Assembly: GCA_025786725.1 (NCBI GenBank)
Contig: JAHLTZ010000017.1
Location: forward strand, 1 to 64,000
Length of the DNA stretch: 64,000 bases
Reading direction: 5' to 3'
Origin: Syncephalis fuscata S228
Lineage: Eukaryota; Fungi; Zoopagomycota
The notes beneath the pieces are model-generated. The model made no database searches and was not told where the DNA came from. It saw only the letters and a program-made list of their open reading frames with translations. Both the position numbers and the translations under genes were made by a program. How positions within the stretch are numbered: position 1 is the first letter of the stretch; every line of letters begins with the position of its first letter. Of this stretch, positions 13,850 to 27,348 are shown piece after piece.

Positions 13850-14425
13850 TTAGAAGCGGAGCTTGACGAAGAACCACTTGTTCTTGCCAGAGTGGAAACG
13901 CTGGGTCAAAGCGGAACGAACCTTCTTCTTGGCAGCAATGCGCTGGGATGGGTCGCGGATAGCCTCTGGGTTCACGATCTGCTTAAGCTGCTCGAGCTCC
14001 AAGGTGTAGCGAGTTGGCATCAAGTGGTTGTAGTTGATGGCCTTGATGAATGGCTTCATGTGGGCGCGCTTGGTCACCTTCTTGCGGCTCATGTCCGAGG
14101 TGATGCGGCGTGGGTAGCGGTCAATACCGACAACCAAAGCGTGACCATACTGGCGGTCCTTGGTGCCCTCGTCGTAGTTCTTGACGATGACGACCTTGCG
14201 GCCAGCATAACGACCGTTAAGAACGATAGCGACCTATAATTACAAGTAGCATTGGTTAGTGTTAATTCATCATCTTTAATATTAGGCTGCTCAACACCAA
14301 TAGTCATTATCATCATCATCATCATCCTTATTATTAATGTATAATATATTTCTTCAAGTGACTTGGTTATTGTCGCAACTATCGCTACACTAGATACATA
14401 CCTTGCCTGGTTTCAAGAACTTCAT
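13850..14425 (-). CDS. RPL27: 60S ribosomal protein L27 (eL27); coding intron ~14235-14401; 5'UTR intron ~14431-14837
   Basis: MKFLKPGK|VAIVLNGRYAGRKVVIVKNYD...GKNKWFFVKLRF. Confidence 0.97.
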
Positions 14426-14881
14426 GGCTACTGCAATTCACAAGGCAAACAACCTAGCAATATTAGTTACTGTAAATATTAACGCGGTATTCACCAATAA
14501 ATCCCATTAGATAGAATAGCCGACTATATTATAATACAAGCCACTCGTCTTTCGTGACAATGTCAATAGCTATTTGACAATAGCATAGCCAACACACTAT
14601 AGAACGACTTGCCACTAGATAGTTTACCAATGGTAATGAATCGTGTCTTTTCTCATTCCATCTTTCTTTAAAATAGTTCTATTATGTATCTATCCACCAT
14701 CTATTATAATATTCATCATCGTAATTCATCCATCCATCCATCCATCTATAGATCTGTCTACTTGTCTAGCGGCATACTAATAGATTCATGGTCATGGCCG
14801 GCACATCCCGCACCTGTATATCTTTAACGACACCTACCTTTTGATGCGTGTAGATACCGAGCGTGTCCGTCGGATAGAAAA

Positions 14882-14919
14882 GAGAGGAGGAGCCCGCCAG
14901 TTTGGGTGGTGCATCCACT
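14882..14919 (-). promoter_or_regulatory. Putative ribosomal-protein promoter/TSS motif at RPL27
   Basis: CCACCCAA..GGCTCCTCCTCTC on the sense strand, shared with RPL23. Confidence 0.55.
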
Positions 14920-15306
14920 GTGACAGTAAAAACTGACAACTCACACACACACACACACACACACAATTTTACAACTAATTATTCATTCACACCCATTTTG
15001 TACCATTTAATTCAATCAATCAGTTATTGCACTATTTACTTGTGTATTTACATATCACTTTACCAATAAATATCAATATTTCATCATAGTAACACTAGTA
15101 ACACATATAATTATAATAAACACATTATCATTGCAACAATATCATAGTATAGACACATAAATATAAACACAGTATAGAATAAGAAGGCACAGGTGTTTAC
15201 TAAGGTGTATCGCAACTGGAACACAAAGAGCAAATTCAACAAGTGCAACCTAATAAACGATGTTGATGTAGATGGTTCAGTGATAATGTAATGGCTGTCA
15301 CGCTGC

Positions 15307-16322
15307 TTAGACAACAGTGCCGGAGCAGGAGGCAATACGTGGCCACAAATCGGCGCATTCCTTGGCAACTGGACCGGTAATGGCAGATCCCTTCATTTCA
15401 CCCTTTGGGTTGACAATAACACCGGCGTTGTCTAAAGATTATATAGGTAATAAAATAATCAATCAATTCATTAGTACATTGGTGTTAAAGAAATGACCGT
15501 AGCCATTGGTAGTACATCAAATACTTACCCTCAAAGTAGAGGAACACACCATCGCGTCTGCGCCATGGCTTGCGCTGGCGAATGACCACGGCAGGCATGA
15601 CCTTCTTACGGAGATCTGGCTTACCCTTCTTGACAGTGGCCATATCATATCGCCGGCACCGGCAGCCGGGAGACGATTAAGACGACCCTGGATGGCCTTG
15701 ACCGAAATGACATAGAGATTCTTGGCACCTGAGTTGTCAGCGCAGTTCATGACGGCACCAACCGGCAGACCAAGGGTCATGCGGAATTTGTTACCAGCCG
15801 CTAAATACATCAATGATGATTAACAAATGAGACTATTTACTCGTCTTGAATGCTTACCTCCTCCGCGTCCTATAACATAAAGAATACCAATAATATTGTT
15901 TGTTAGTTAACTGTTCGCGTAAATGTACACTTAATGTCCCATCACACAAAGCCCATTAATAGCACACCAGCTATAATAACCAGGCAGTAGACCGCGATTA
16001 CAAGCAGTTATTTACCAAGCTGTGCTACAACAGTGCAATTAAGGAATCATTGCCATTGCTTAATAAACAATCTACTCATAATCTGTATTTCTATATTATA
16101 GTGTAGGTCAATATGGTCTATACTTGTATTACTATCGCTATTGGTATTAGGCCGCGAGATTCAACGCGTTAAGCTAACCAGTTCAATAGTCTCTGTATTT
16201 TCTTTAGTGTATCTTTTCTATCCAATTTGTTTTTACTCTCTCCATCCATCCATCCATCCATCTATACATCCATCCATCTGTTTCTATACTCTATCGACCA
16301 GATACATACCGCGTTTAGACAT
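15307..16322 (-). CDS. RPL23: 60S ribosomal protein L23 (uL14); 13-nt and 12-nt first exons; apparent 1-nt deletion ~15643
   Basis: MSKRG|RGGA|[28 protein letters not shown]...[33 protein letters not shown]. Confidence 0.97.
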
Positions 16323-16403
16323 GATGAATGGTAGGTGTAAAGTGTGCTAGACGCTACCGTGGTGACTTTTCCTACTATAGCAGAAGGAATCCAAGCCGAA
16401 TGT

Positions 16404-16432
16404 GAGAGGAGGAGCCAGTTGGCATTGGGTGG
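16404..16432 (-). promoter_or_regulatory. Putative ribosomal-protein promoter/TSS motif at RPL23
   Basis: Exact 13-mer GGCTCCTCCTCTC plus CCACCCAA, as at RPL27. Confidence 0.55.
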
Positions 16433-16592
16433 CGATGCACGCCTCTGATGCCACCAACCCGTGTCGATAGTCTAAACATAGACTTGATTCAGACCTATTA
16501 CTATATGTTAAATAAGATAGCTTTTTTTGGCTGTGTTATCGAATAAACATGATGACATTTACTCTTTTCCAAGTGTTTATTTTAAACCAAAT

Positions 16593-17448
16593 CAAAACAT
16601 ATCAATATAAATATAAACAACATTGTTAATATCCTTCTTTTAGATATTCACATTAAAAGCCGTAAAAGCCTATTATTTGGCGGTAATAGCCATCTAAAGC
16701 GATAACTCAGTGTCAATTGCCAGTGCCATTTTTGGGCAATTAAACAAAGAGTACACACATTTATTTGTACAGTATCAGCGTTGTATGCAAAGTACATAAT
16801 CCAATAAAATGTAGTGATAACTAGTGGCCAATACTAAGCAATACGCGTATAAACTATAGTTCTAGCCATGCTAAACAAAAATCAAATGGCTGTATTTGTT
16901 AAGCCATTACGGTATACAGAGCCAAATGCATTAGATATAACGCCGATTGTTGCGTTAGAAAGCACGGATCAATGCGATGCTTTAAGCAGTATAACAGGCA
17001 AGTAAAGAAGTAATGCCAACAATGAGGGACTAAAGGCGAATATACTCAAACATAACAACACTAAGCCAATAAACACTTACTATGCTAATAAAATGTCAAG
17101 GCCAGTGTACAGAGTAAAGACGAGCTGCAAACAAAATAGGCTCAAAGAAGGCAATGCAAAAAGTAATGTAGCGAGTGTTTGCATTTAAGCTAGTAGTCAA
17201 CCAGTTATTAACACTAGCCAAGTAGTCGATGCAGAATATAAACGTGTATACAATCGATAGATGCTGTCAAGTGTAATGCGAAAGAGGACGCGTTGACGTA
17301 GATTGTAAGCAGCTCAGTCAATGAGGGGATTTATAACAATATGATGTCAACACCATTAGTAATTAAGCTAATAAAAAATAAATACTACTATACCAAAGTT
17401 CAGTATACATAGAACATACTATTAGTTAGTAAATAGTAAATGTATAAA
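16593..17448 (+). repeat. Dispersed repeat A, copy 2 (inverted relative to copy 1)
   Basis: Near-identical reverse complement of 4395-5249. Confidence 0.92.
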
Positions 17449-18228
17449 ACAATGGAGCCATTGCACTTTCTCCCACATCCTTGCATTCCTTCTAGCATAG
17501 CCATGCTGTGTATCAGATGGAAACACTTATCAAACATGCAGCCAGTATCCTAGGATAATCTGTTGAACCGGTTGTCGGGTCACGCTAGACGATACAAGTA
17601 AGCCGGTTAGTGTTGACAACTCCTTGGCTCTTTCGCCGTTTATAATCATGCTCACAAACCGTTAAATAAGGCCATGTTTTCTTTTAGTCGATAATATGCC
17701 AAAGGTTTTTTGCATTACCGCGCCCCTTTTTGTCTTACCTGTCTGTGTGTACACTGTTTGATTAATTGCTCTGTCCTCTCGCTCTCTCTCTTATTTCCTC
17801 TCACTATTCTGTTGGTTTGTTCTTTTCTCTCATTCTATCTATATTTACACTTTTAGTATTCCATTGATCCTAGTCCAGTTGTGTGTGTACCTGTGTGTAC
17901 TTGTGTGCGTACCTGTGTGTATGCAGTAACCGCCACCCATCACATCATCTATCACTTATCGTCTCATTATCCATTTATCCACCCACACACACACTGCCAT
18001 TCTTTCTTTCGCTCTTTCTTTCGTCCACTCGTTCACTCTACTCACTCCCATTCTCTTTCGCTTTATTTCTTTCTGTTTGTCGTCAGCTTAGTGTGTTTGC
18101 CTCGATTCGCTACCTTATTTTCGTTTACTTTACTGTGTTGTATCGCACGTCATCCTATTCCAACACAAACACACCGGCTTCTTCTATCATCCCTTTTGCC
18201 GCCAACTCTTGGATACGTTGGCTTGAAT

Positions 18229-18719
18229 GTGAGTAATGTGTTGCTGGTCTGGAACAAGATGCAGTAACAATATAATCTAAATCGAGCTGGTTATATGCAG
18301 TATTGTTTATGTATATGCATACAGCCTTTTCCTTTTATCTTGTCTATATTTTTTAAAAGGTCCGCGTGACCTCAAAGTTATTGAAATACATAGACAGAAT
18401 AGAAGGGAGGGAGACTGTATGCGCATAGACACAAGCAATAGCGCACTCAAGCAGTTAAATTTAGATTATATGGTCGTCACATATAAATCACGAGACCAAT
18501 CGTGACATATGTCGACACATCTTAAGCTAAATTTAACTGCTTGAGTACGTTGTTGCTTGTGTCTATTAGTCAGGATGACAGGTGGCTGTCATGTTATGGC
18601 TAGCTATTTAAAGGCTATACATTGGCTATAGTCTTTGGGATTTAATTCTATTTCGTTGTATGCATATTCGTTTATTTCGTTACTAACGCCTATTTTGTTT
18701 CATTCGCTTTCATTTCCAG
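18229..18719 (+). other. Probable 5'UTR intron of CDC42 containing two long hairpins
   Basis: GTGAGT donor, TACTAAC branch ~18681, TTTCCAG acceptor; inverted repeats at 18316-18423 and 18425-18566. Confidence 0.65.
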
Positions 18720-18790
18720 TCGTCATTTCTTCTCGTTTCATTTCTCATCTAGCTAGTGTATTTCTGTTTTAGAATACACTTTTATTTGGC

Positions 18791-19664
<874 letters not shown>

Positions 19665-20547
19665 GGTGCTTTAAGGTGTGCTCACGCACGTTGGTTGTCT
19701 AACAAGAAATGACGAAGGGATATACATAGAGCAACAAACACGCACATACACAGCACACAAACCATATTGTATACGAGCATAGTTGTAGGCGTTGCCGACG
19801 CGGGATAAGAACGAGAACATATTTGTAAACATGCAAAAAAGCCATTAGTTGTTTTACAAACTGTCAATCTACCATAATTGAACGTGACATGTAGATACTG
19901 TCTTATTGAAGAAGTTTATCTATTTAGTACTACAATCATCCCTTGTCCAGTCAACATGTGATTGTTTTATTTTAGAGCACGAAGAACTGCTCCACTTGCA
20001 TGAATTTCATTAATTTGTTTCCAAAGTTTCTTCGTCTTTTGCGCTATTATTATTATTATTTCAATGTTGAACCGACTAATATGTACACATGCACACATTC
20101 ATTATGGATTGGTTAGCCTTTTCTTTTTCTCTTTCTCCTTCCTCTCTCCTCTCCTCCCCTCTCTTTTGATCTATTACTATTCTTATTGTTTAATCCCTTT
20201 GAGTTGATCCTTATCATTTCTAGTTAAGTAGCCAAAGTTTATCGTGAGCATCCCGTGCATCTTTTTGTCGTCTTATTCTATATACACACACGTATATCCA
20301 CACCACTCACCGATTCATCCACACACACACACACACACACACACCTATTATCATTTACAGCACAATGTATTCCGTCTATGACTATGATATTTTACCACTA
20401 TTAGCATCTTTATTTGCTCCAATGTCCCAGTCTAAATGTTATTGATATTGTTAAATGAGTGGAACAGATAGTTTATTCATTATCATCATAAATACAGTCT
20501 AGTTTAATTGTAATCGTTATTATTACGATCAAGAAGTGATGACGTGA

Positions 20548-23500
20548 CTAAGTATTACTGTTGTTTAGTAATGTTTGTTGAAATCGATTCAAACTAATAA
20601 AATTTATCAGTGTCAATCGATAATTACCAGCCATTGAACTGTACTTACCTTGGTAATACAGCATCTGCTTTTATAATTGCTTCATGCCATTCTTCCATAG
20701 GATCTGAAAGAATAGTAATGGCACCACCAGCACCGATTGTGACCGCTAATTAAATGTATAATTATAATGGCATGTCTATTTACTAATTAAACTTACCTTG
20801 TCCATCACGTATAACTACAGTTCGAATAACTACGTTGAAATCGGCCGATCCATTAATGGATAAGTAGCCTAAACATCCAGAGTAGATACCACGCGGTCGA
20901 TGATCTTCTAACAACTCTAGTAATTGTACGGATCTTAATTTTGGTGCACCAGTCATTGAACCTAATATAGTACATGTAAAGTTGAATAAAGATCAAAACA
21001 ATTAGCATCGTTTATATTAATATTTACTTATTAATGCTTATTGTGCCACTTGCCAGGGGGGAAGCAGCTTTGAAGTGCTTTGACGGCATTTACTTGTTCT
21101 TTAAGCCGACCATCAACGGTAGTTACCATTTGATGTACTGTCTCGTATGTTTCAACCGTCATTAACTGTGGAACACGAACACTATGTGGTGGACAAATAC
21201 GTGCCAAATCATTACGAATTAAATCAACAATCTATAGATCGATCAGTATTAATGAATGGACAAATAGCAATGTAATAATTACTTACCATAAGATTTTCTC
21301 CTCGTTCCTTCACATTAACGGCAAGCGAGCGTGCTAACTCTGCATCTTGTTGTTGAGCACAGGCTGGATCATTGCCATTGTTGTCAAGAGGCAGGCTTTG
21401 TTACAACAGCAAGTGCGTTGTCGTTTAAGTGTTCCTTTAATAGGCCGCATTTGAATAGTGCCGGCTCGTGATACACGTAAAAATCGTTCAGGACTAGCTG
21501 AGGCAACACATAATGAGGGTCCTAGATTTAAATAAGCCGCATATGGTGCCGGATTATCATTGCGTAGTTGTCGATAGAAATCAAATGTAGTCAGTGCATT
21601 GGTATTGCTATTACTTGTTGGTGTACACGGTAGTAATCGTTGTGAAAAGTGCATCGCCAACTGCATCGTCAAACATAGCTCATATGATTCACCATCTCTA
21701 ATAAGCGATTGAGCTCGATCAATCTTTTCTAAATAACTGCTGCATGTATCAGATGGACGAGGTTGAATTGAATGTGGATTAAACATTTTGGCTGCAGTTA
21801 TCAATGATGCTTTTTGAACATGCGATAATGGTGTTGTTTCCTTTGTATGGGCTTCATTTAATTGCTGTGTTGTTTCTTTCATCCATGCATCGCATGCTTT
21901 ACGTGACATACCGACTATAGGTGTATCGATTACTTTAATATCATTTGATAGTGGCGATGGTGGCGGTGTATTGCGTACTAGTGCTACTAACCAAGTAGTC
22001 CCTGTCGTGTAGTCGATAGATACAAATCGATCAAGAAATATAAATGCCGCATCTGGCATCTTTGAATGCGTATCCATGTTAGATAAAGTGTTGGTAGTGA
22101 TAGATGCCATTTGATGCTGTTCATGTTCATTCTCATCTCTTAATGGATGTGATGTATAGCCTGGCAATGATTCCTGCTTCATTTCATAGCCAAAATAACC
22201 AACTAGACCTGTACAGAAATCAAATTCTGGTATTGGCTCTAATGGTTTTGTTGTTGTTGTATCTGTTTGAACCAATTCTGTTGGTACATGTTTAAATTGT
22301 TGCATAAATCTTGATGTCCAATCCCAGAATGTATCGCTAGGTGCCAATGTCTTCTTTTGCTCAATATAATTATTACTGCTATTAAGTGATGCTGATGGTT
22401 GTTGCAGTTTAACCGTAGCTGATAAACAATATTGCTGTAATTTAACTTGTTTGCTGTCCAAGTAATATTCTACTTTAAATCTAATGGTATGATTATTAGT
22501 AATTTAATATAAATATATAATAACTTACCCTGTCGTTGATTGACACGACCCCATAAGACTGAATTGGCTTTGTCGGTCATTTGCCTAATTAATATTGATC
22601 ATTTCAAATTATTTAATTAATATTATTATAACTATTAACTAATCGATTGACTTACTCGTGCACTATCAAGCCATACACTTGCATCATCATGCCGATATAA
22701 TGTATGGAAAACAAGATCTGGCTTTGTAACATAAGGTAGTTTTTGAGCATAAATAGTTAGTGGTGTAGCATGCAGCTGTTGTGCATTGCTATTCATCGTT
22801 AATGTCATCGGTATTGATGCGGGTACAGTAGTGATGCAAAGGCTTTTAATAGTATCTGGCAGATTTGGACGACGTGATAGTAGCCATTCTATTAATCAAC
22901 AAGTTAGTAATCATCATCTAAATAAACCATCTATTTAGTATAGACTGTACCGTTTGATGCCAACGAGCAGTAATTTCCAAAAAGTTGTGCATTAATAATT
23001 GACCATGTTCTGTACAGACCGACTAGATAAATTAATAGTTATACACGTGTTATCTATATAGTTGTACATATTTAAATATATAAATACCTCAGGATGAAAT
23101 TGTACGCCATAGAATGGCTTATCTCTATGCTGTAATGCCATGATAGTACGTCCATTTGAAGATGAGTTATATGTTTTACCATTCTTGTTCTCCATAGTAT
23201 ACGCTAATACTTTAATACTAGAAGGTAAATCTAATAGTAGCAGTAATAAATAATAAATAAATAATTAATTAATATAATCAAATGGTAGTACCAATTCATA
23301 CCTGTTTCTGACACCATCAATGAATGATATCGCACCACCGAAAAAGGGGAGGAAATATGATCAAATAGCGATAAGGCCGATTGATCAGTAGATGAGATCA
23401 AGTGAACTGCATTGACTTGACCATGAACAGGTGTAGATGCATGTACAATCTAATATTAATAACATATTCATTGTATAAGTTATAACAATTAGATCAATTA

Positions 23501-24037
23501 ATCTAATGAATTACCTTACCACCGGCCATATAAGCAATGGCTTGGTGTCCTAGGCAAACACCAAGTATTGGTATATTGGTATATCGTAATAGATCAGATA
23601 CTACACCAACATCCTTTATTATTATAACATACAAATATATAATATAATATAGTATCAAATAAATATCAAATAAATGATTCATATTTATCGTATAATTACC
23701 GTAGATTGTTCAGGTGTACCAGGGCCTGGCGATAAAATAATACCATCAAAGTGCTCAAGTACATTATCGCGTAAATATTCCCTATTATATATAAATATAT
23801 ATTAGTATATATATATCCATTATTTGCTCCTATTAGTTGTATTTCTACTTACCAGGTCAACTGGTCATTCTGAATAACTACTACTTGAACATATTTCTCC
23901 GGTAGTAGTTGTAACAAGTTGAGTGTGTACGAGTCATAGTTATCAACCACCAAGATACGTAAACACATTTGTACAGCCCGTGACGTGACACTCACAGGCA
24001 GTGGTGTATCCACCAAGAGCATACGTGGTTCCGGCAT
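20548..24037 (-). CDS. ABZ1: Aminodeoxychorismate (PABA) synthase, GATase + chorismate-binding domains, multi-exon
   Basis: [67 protein letters not shown]. Confidence 0.93.
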
Positions 24038-24215
24038 AGTTGTTGTTATTGTTGTTGTTATTGACTAAGAAAGACAAGACTGTAGAACAGCAAGAATAGG
24101 TGTGTGACTAGAGAAAGAGAGAAAAGTTAATGTTGTTTTTTTTCTTCTTTCTTTCTCTCACGCACTCTAACTGTTCTTCTACTTTACTACTATTATTATC
24201 CTTACTACTATTGCT

Positions 24216-24872
24216 ATGGTACCTGATACTGCAATGAATACGACGGCGATGATGGCCAGTGATGTATCATCGCTATCTCGTTCATCGCTGTTGAAGAAGC
24301 GGGCGCGATCATCGTTCGAATTAGATACATTATCTAAACAAACTATCTGGAATACTCGGGCTATAAACAAACAACCAGCTATTAATGATCTAACTAGTCA
24401 TTACAATAACTGCTCAACTATTACAGCAAATATACGGTTATTAAAACCTTTACCGCCACTATCACCTACACTATTGCCAAAAACAACATGGTTAACTCTA
24501 TCGGATGATGATATTATGGATAGTGATGACGGTAGTAATAGTTTATTATTGCCTGATACATGGGAGATGGAAAGTGATTCTGGATTCTCTTCTTCTACTT
24601 CTTCTTCTTCTTCCTCGGTATCCGCGTTGAAATCAGTTAATAAGTGTTATTTATCAAACATTAGTAAGAAACAAAGACACGCTTCTGTTACTGTCAATCA
24701 AAGTAACAAATATTCTGAGTGTATTTCATCTAAACAACAACAGCGGTTATATTCTACAAGAATGGAAATGACACCACCACAATCACCAAATCAGCCATTC
24801 TTTTTTACAGAAGCTGCTTATCGTCGATTTAGTGTACGGCCTATTACACCTGCACTCAAGGAGTTATTTTAA
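24216..24872 (+). CDS. Intronless orphan, Ser-rich, probably disordered protein
   Basis: 218-aa open frame divergent from ABZ1; no recognisable domain. Confidence 0.6.
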   Translation: MVPDTAMNTTAMMASDVSSLSRSSLLKKRARSSFELDTLSKQTIWNTRAINKQPAINDLTSHYNNCSTITANIRLLKPLPPLSPTLLPKTTWLTLSDDDIMDSDDGSNSLLLPDTWEMESDSGFSSSTSSSSSSVSALKSVNKCYLSNISKKQRHASVTVNQSNKYSECISSKQQQRLYSTRMEMTPPQSPNQPFFFTEAAYRRFSVRPITPALKELF

Positions 24873-24917
24873 TTTGAGCCCCATACTTTTTTGGAAATAA
24901 AAGATATGGGACTCAAA
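24873..24917. other. Stem-loop immediately after the orphan's stop codon
   Basis: tttgagccccatacttt..aaagatatgggactcaaa imperfect inverted repeat. Confidence 0.6.
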
Positions 24918-25092
24918 GTCCACTTCAACCGAATTTAATGTAAGTATTATCAAATATTAACAAGCTTTATTATAGATTATTCAAGACTAGTGTAATGTTA
25001 GTAATATGTTTATTGTTTTATTCCAAGTAAAATAGTAAAATATGTTATCCTATTATTTTATTTAGTTTATTAATTAAATATAATATTTTCTT

Positions 25093-25383
25093 TTACAGAT
25101 ATAAGCATATTGCAGTTAGTTACATTTAATACTGCTACATTGACACTGTTCATTTTAATAATAATATCAGTAATTTATTGTGTTATTTTCATTACGTTAA
25201 TATTAAACAATTCATTAATAGTTTAATATGATTTGATGTTAAATGACTATATTTAATAACATTTAATTTATTGAACATAATAATGGATGGTGAATGACAT
25301 CAAAGTCTAAACTACTCATCGTAGATTTATGATCCAATATGCATATACTATATTCACTTATATCATAGAATGATGTATAATAG
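25093..25383 (+). repeat. Dispersed repeat B, copy 2
   Basis: Matches 5299-5570, then jumps to match ~5888-5907 (catagaatgatgtata). Confidence 0.88.
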
Positions 25384-25529
25384 TATAGACATCCATGGTT
25401 GATGATATAGGCGAATGTTAGTATTAAATGTTATTATATTGTTAAATAAACATTGTTATTAAATTAATTAATATTTATATAGAATCATAGATTGAATCAA
25501 TCTATATATGCTGATAGGCATACATTTAT

Positions 25530-26890
25530 TTAATGATAATGATGGGTTTCTTCAATATCACGACCACGAAGCGTTGGTGGTTCGTTGCCTTTACTGTAGA
25601 TTTCCGTGAATAGTTCAGCGTCATCGGGTTCAGCTCCATTTTTGGCTTGTTCTACAGCCTCATCAACTTCAGTGCGGATTTCACGTTCCATTTGCTTAAG
25701 CATAGCTTCATCGGCTACATTGTTATCGAGCAAGCGTTGTTTAAGGCCGGTGATTGGATCGTTTGCACTGCGCATATGTTGGATCTCTTCACGTGTACGG
25801 TAAGTAGTACCTGGATCGGACATCGAGTGACCACCATAGCGGTACGTGACCATTTCAAGCACCATTGGGCCGTGGCCTTCAATGGCATGTTGGCGTGCAA
25901 ATGCACAAGCTTGACGAACGGCTAATATATCCATACCGTTGATCTTGATGCCTGGAATATAGCCGGCACGACGGAAATACTCGGTCGAGGCAGAACTACG
26001 CTTGGCTGATGTACCCATACCGTACATATTGTTTTCGCATACAAATACAACAGGTAAATCCCAAAGTTTGGCCATATTATATGCTTCAAATACTTGTCCT
26101 TGATTGGATGCACCATCACCATAGAGTGCGAATGTGCATGCCTTTTGGTCGAGATATTTTTGCGTAAAAGCATGACCAGCACCGACGGGTACTTGGGCAC
26201 CTACAATACCGTTACCGCCATAGAAATTTCTTTCAAACATATGCATAGAGCCGCCCTTTCCCTTTGACACGCCAAGTTTATTGCCTAGCAATTCGGCGAT
26301 AATCGACTTGACAGATGCACCGCGGACATAAGTATAGCCGTGACAACGATAGGCTGTGATGATAACGTCCTCTTTAGTGATGCCGCGTTCCATACCAACT
26401 GGTACAGCTTCCTATGATATATGCACACACATAGAGCAATATTAAATATTTGTTTTAAATAAAACTATCGTTTTAACTCACCTGACCGGTGCACAAGTGA
26501 CAGAAGCCACGAATAAGCTTTGCCTTGTAAAGACCGTCGGCTGCCATCTCCATACGACGAACCACAACCATTTCACGATACATATCAAGCAATTCCTTTT
26601 TTGAAATGGTTACGGCACGGCTGGGCTCATCGCATTCGTAGACTTCAAACGCTAAATTTGGCAAGTCAATTGTAATCATATCTTGACCATTGACGTCCAC
26701 TTCTGTAGCAAAAGAACGACGCGCCATAGATTGTGCGTTCAATGGCTAAAAATAGTCGTAGAAAAATAAGCGTTTATATTAATGCTATTGATTCAAGATT
26801 TATTGGCAATATTAACGCTACCTTGATCATACCGCGTAATGCGGTGGCTGGGCGACTAGCGGCCGTACGAAATAATGCCTGACGGAACAT
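25530..26890 (-). CDS. PDA1: Pyruvate dehydrogenase E1 alpha, mitochondrial
   Basis: IRGFCHL, GKGGSMH, YGDGASNQGQ, TYRYGGHSMSDPG; N-terminal presequence MFRQALFRTAASR. Confidence 0.97.
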
Positions 26891-27348
26891 GATTGTAAAG
26901 CGCGACAATAACCAAAATAGCGCAGTGTATGCGGAGTAGTATCAGGTAGATTCAGCAAAAGTGTTCCACCTATTTGCACGTACACGTAACCAGCCGGTTA
27001 CTGTTGTTTCTTAACAAAAGAAGAAGAGGAAGCAAGGAAAGGAAGAAAGAGCTGGAAAGCGATTCCTGTATTGAAAGAAAGAAAAAAATGCCCACTAATC
27101 AATTCATCATATATATATGTGTGTGTGTGTGGAGATGAGGCCATGCTTGATTTTATTTTGGGGACATCATGTAAATGTGTAAGACTATACAAGTGCAAGT
27201 CAATTAAAATGTGATTAGAGTCGAATAGATTTTTACTAATGATAAGAGTGATCTGTAATAGAAAGTAAGAGTGGGAAATAGGTTTATCATTATCATAGTA
27301 ATAAAATGTACTATAGTGCAATTGTATATTTTAACGCATTGTTTGTTT

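Noticed and set aside
14431-16309. snoRNAs in the long RPL27/RPL23 introns
   Set aside because: A box-C-like ATGATGA exists in the RPL27 intron but no suitably placed CTGA or rRNA guide was found; H/ACA RNAs cannot be excluded by eye
16593-17451. AAAACA target-site duplication around repeat A copy 2
   Set aside because: The same bases are largely shared with copy 1, so this may be microhomology in A-rich DNA
17881-18267. Overlapping ORFs upstream of CDC42
   Set aside because: Low-complexity CT/GT-rich 5'UTR sequence with non-ATG starts
18316-18566. CDC42 double hairpin as an H/ACA snoRNA
   Set aside because: No ANANNA hinge between the stems, no ACA tail, and the stems lack pseudouridylation pockets
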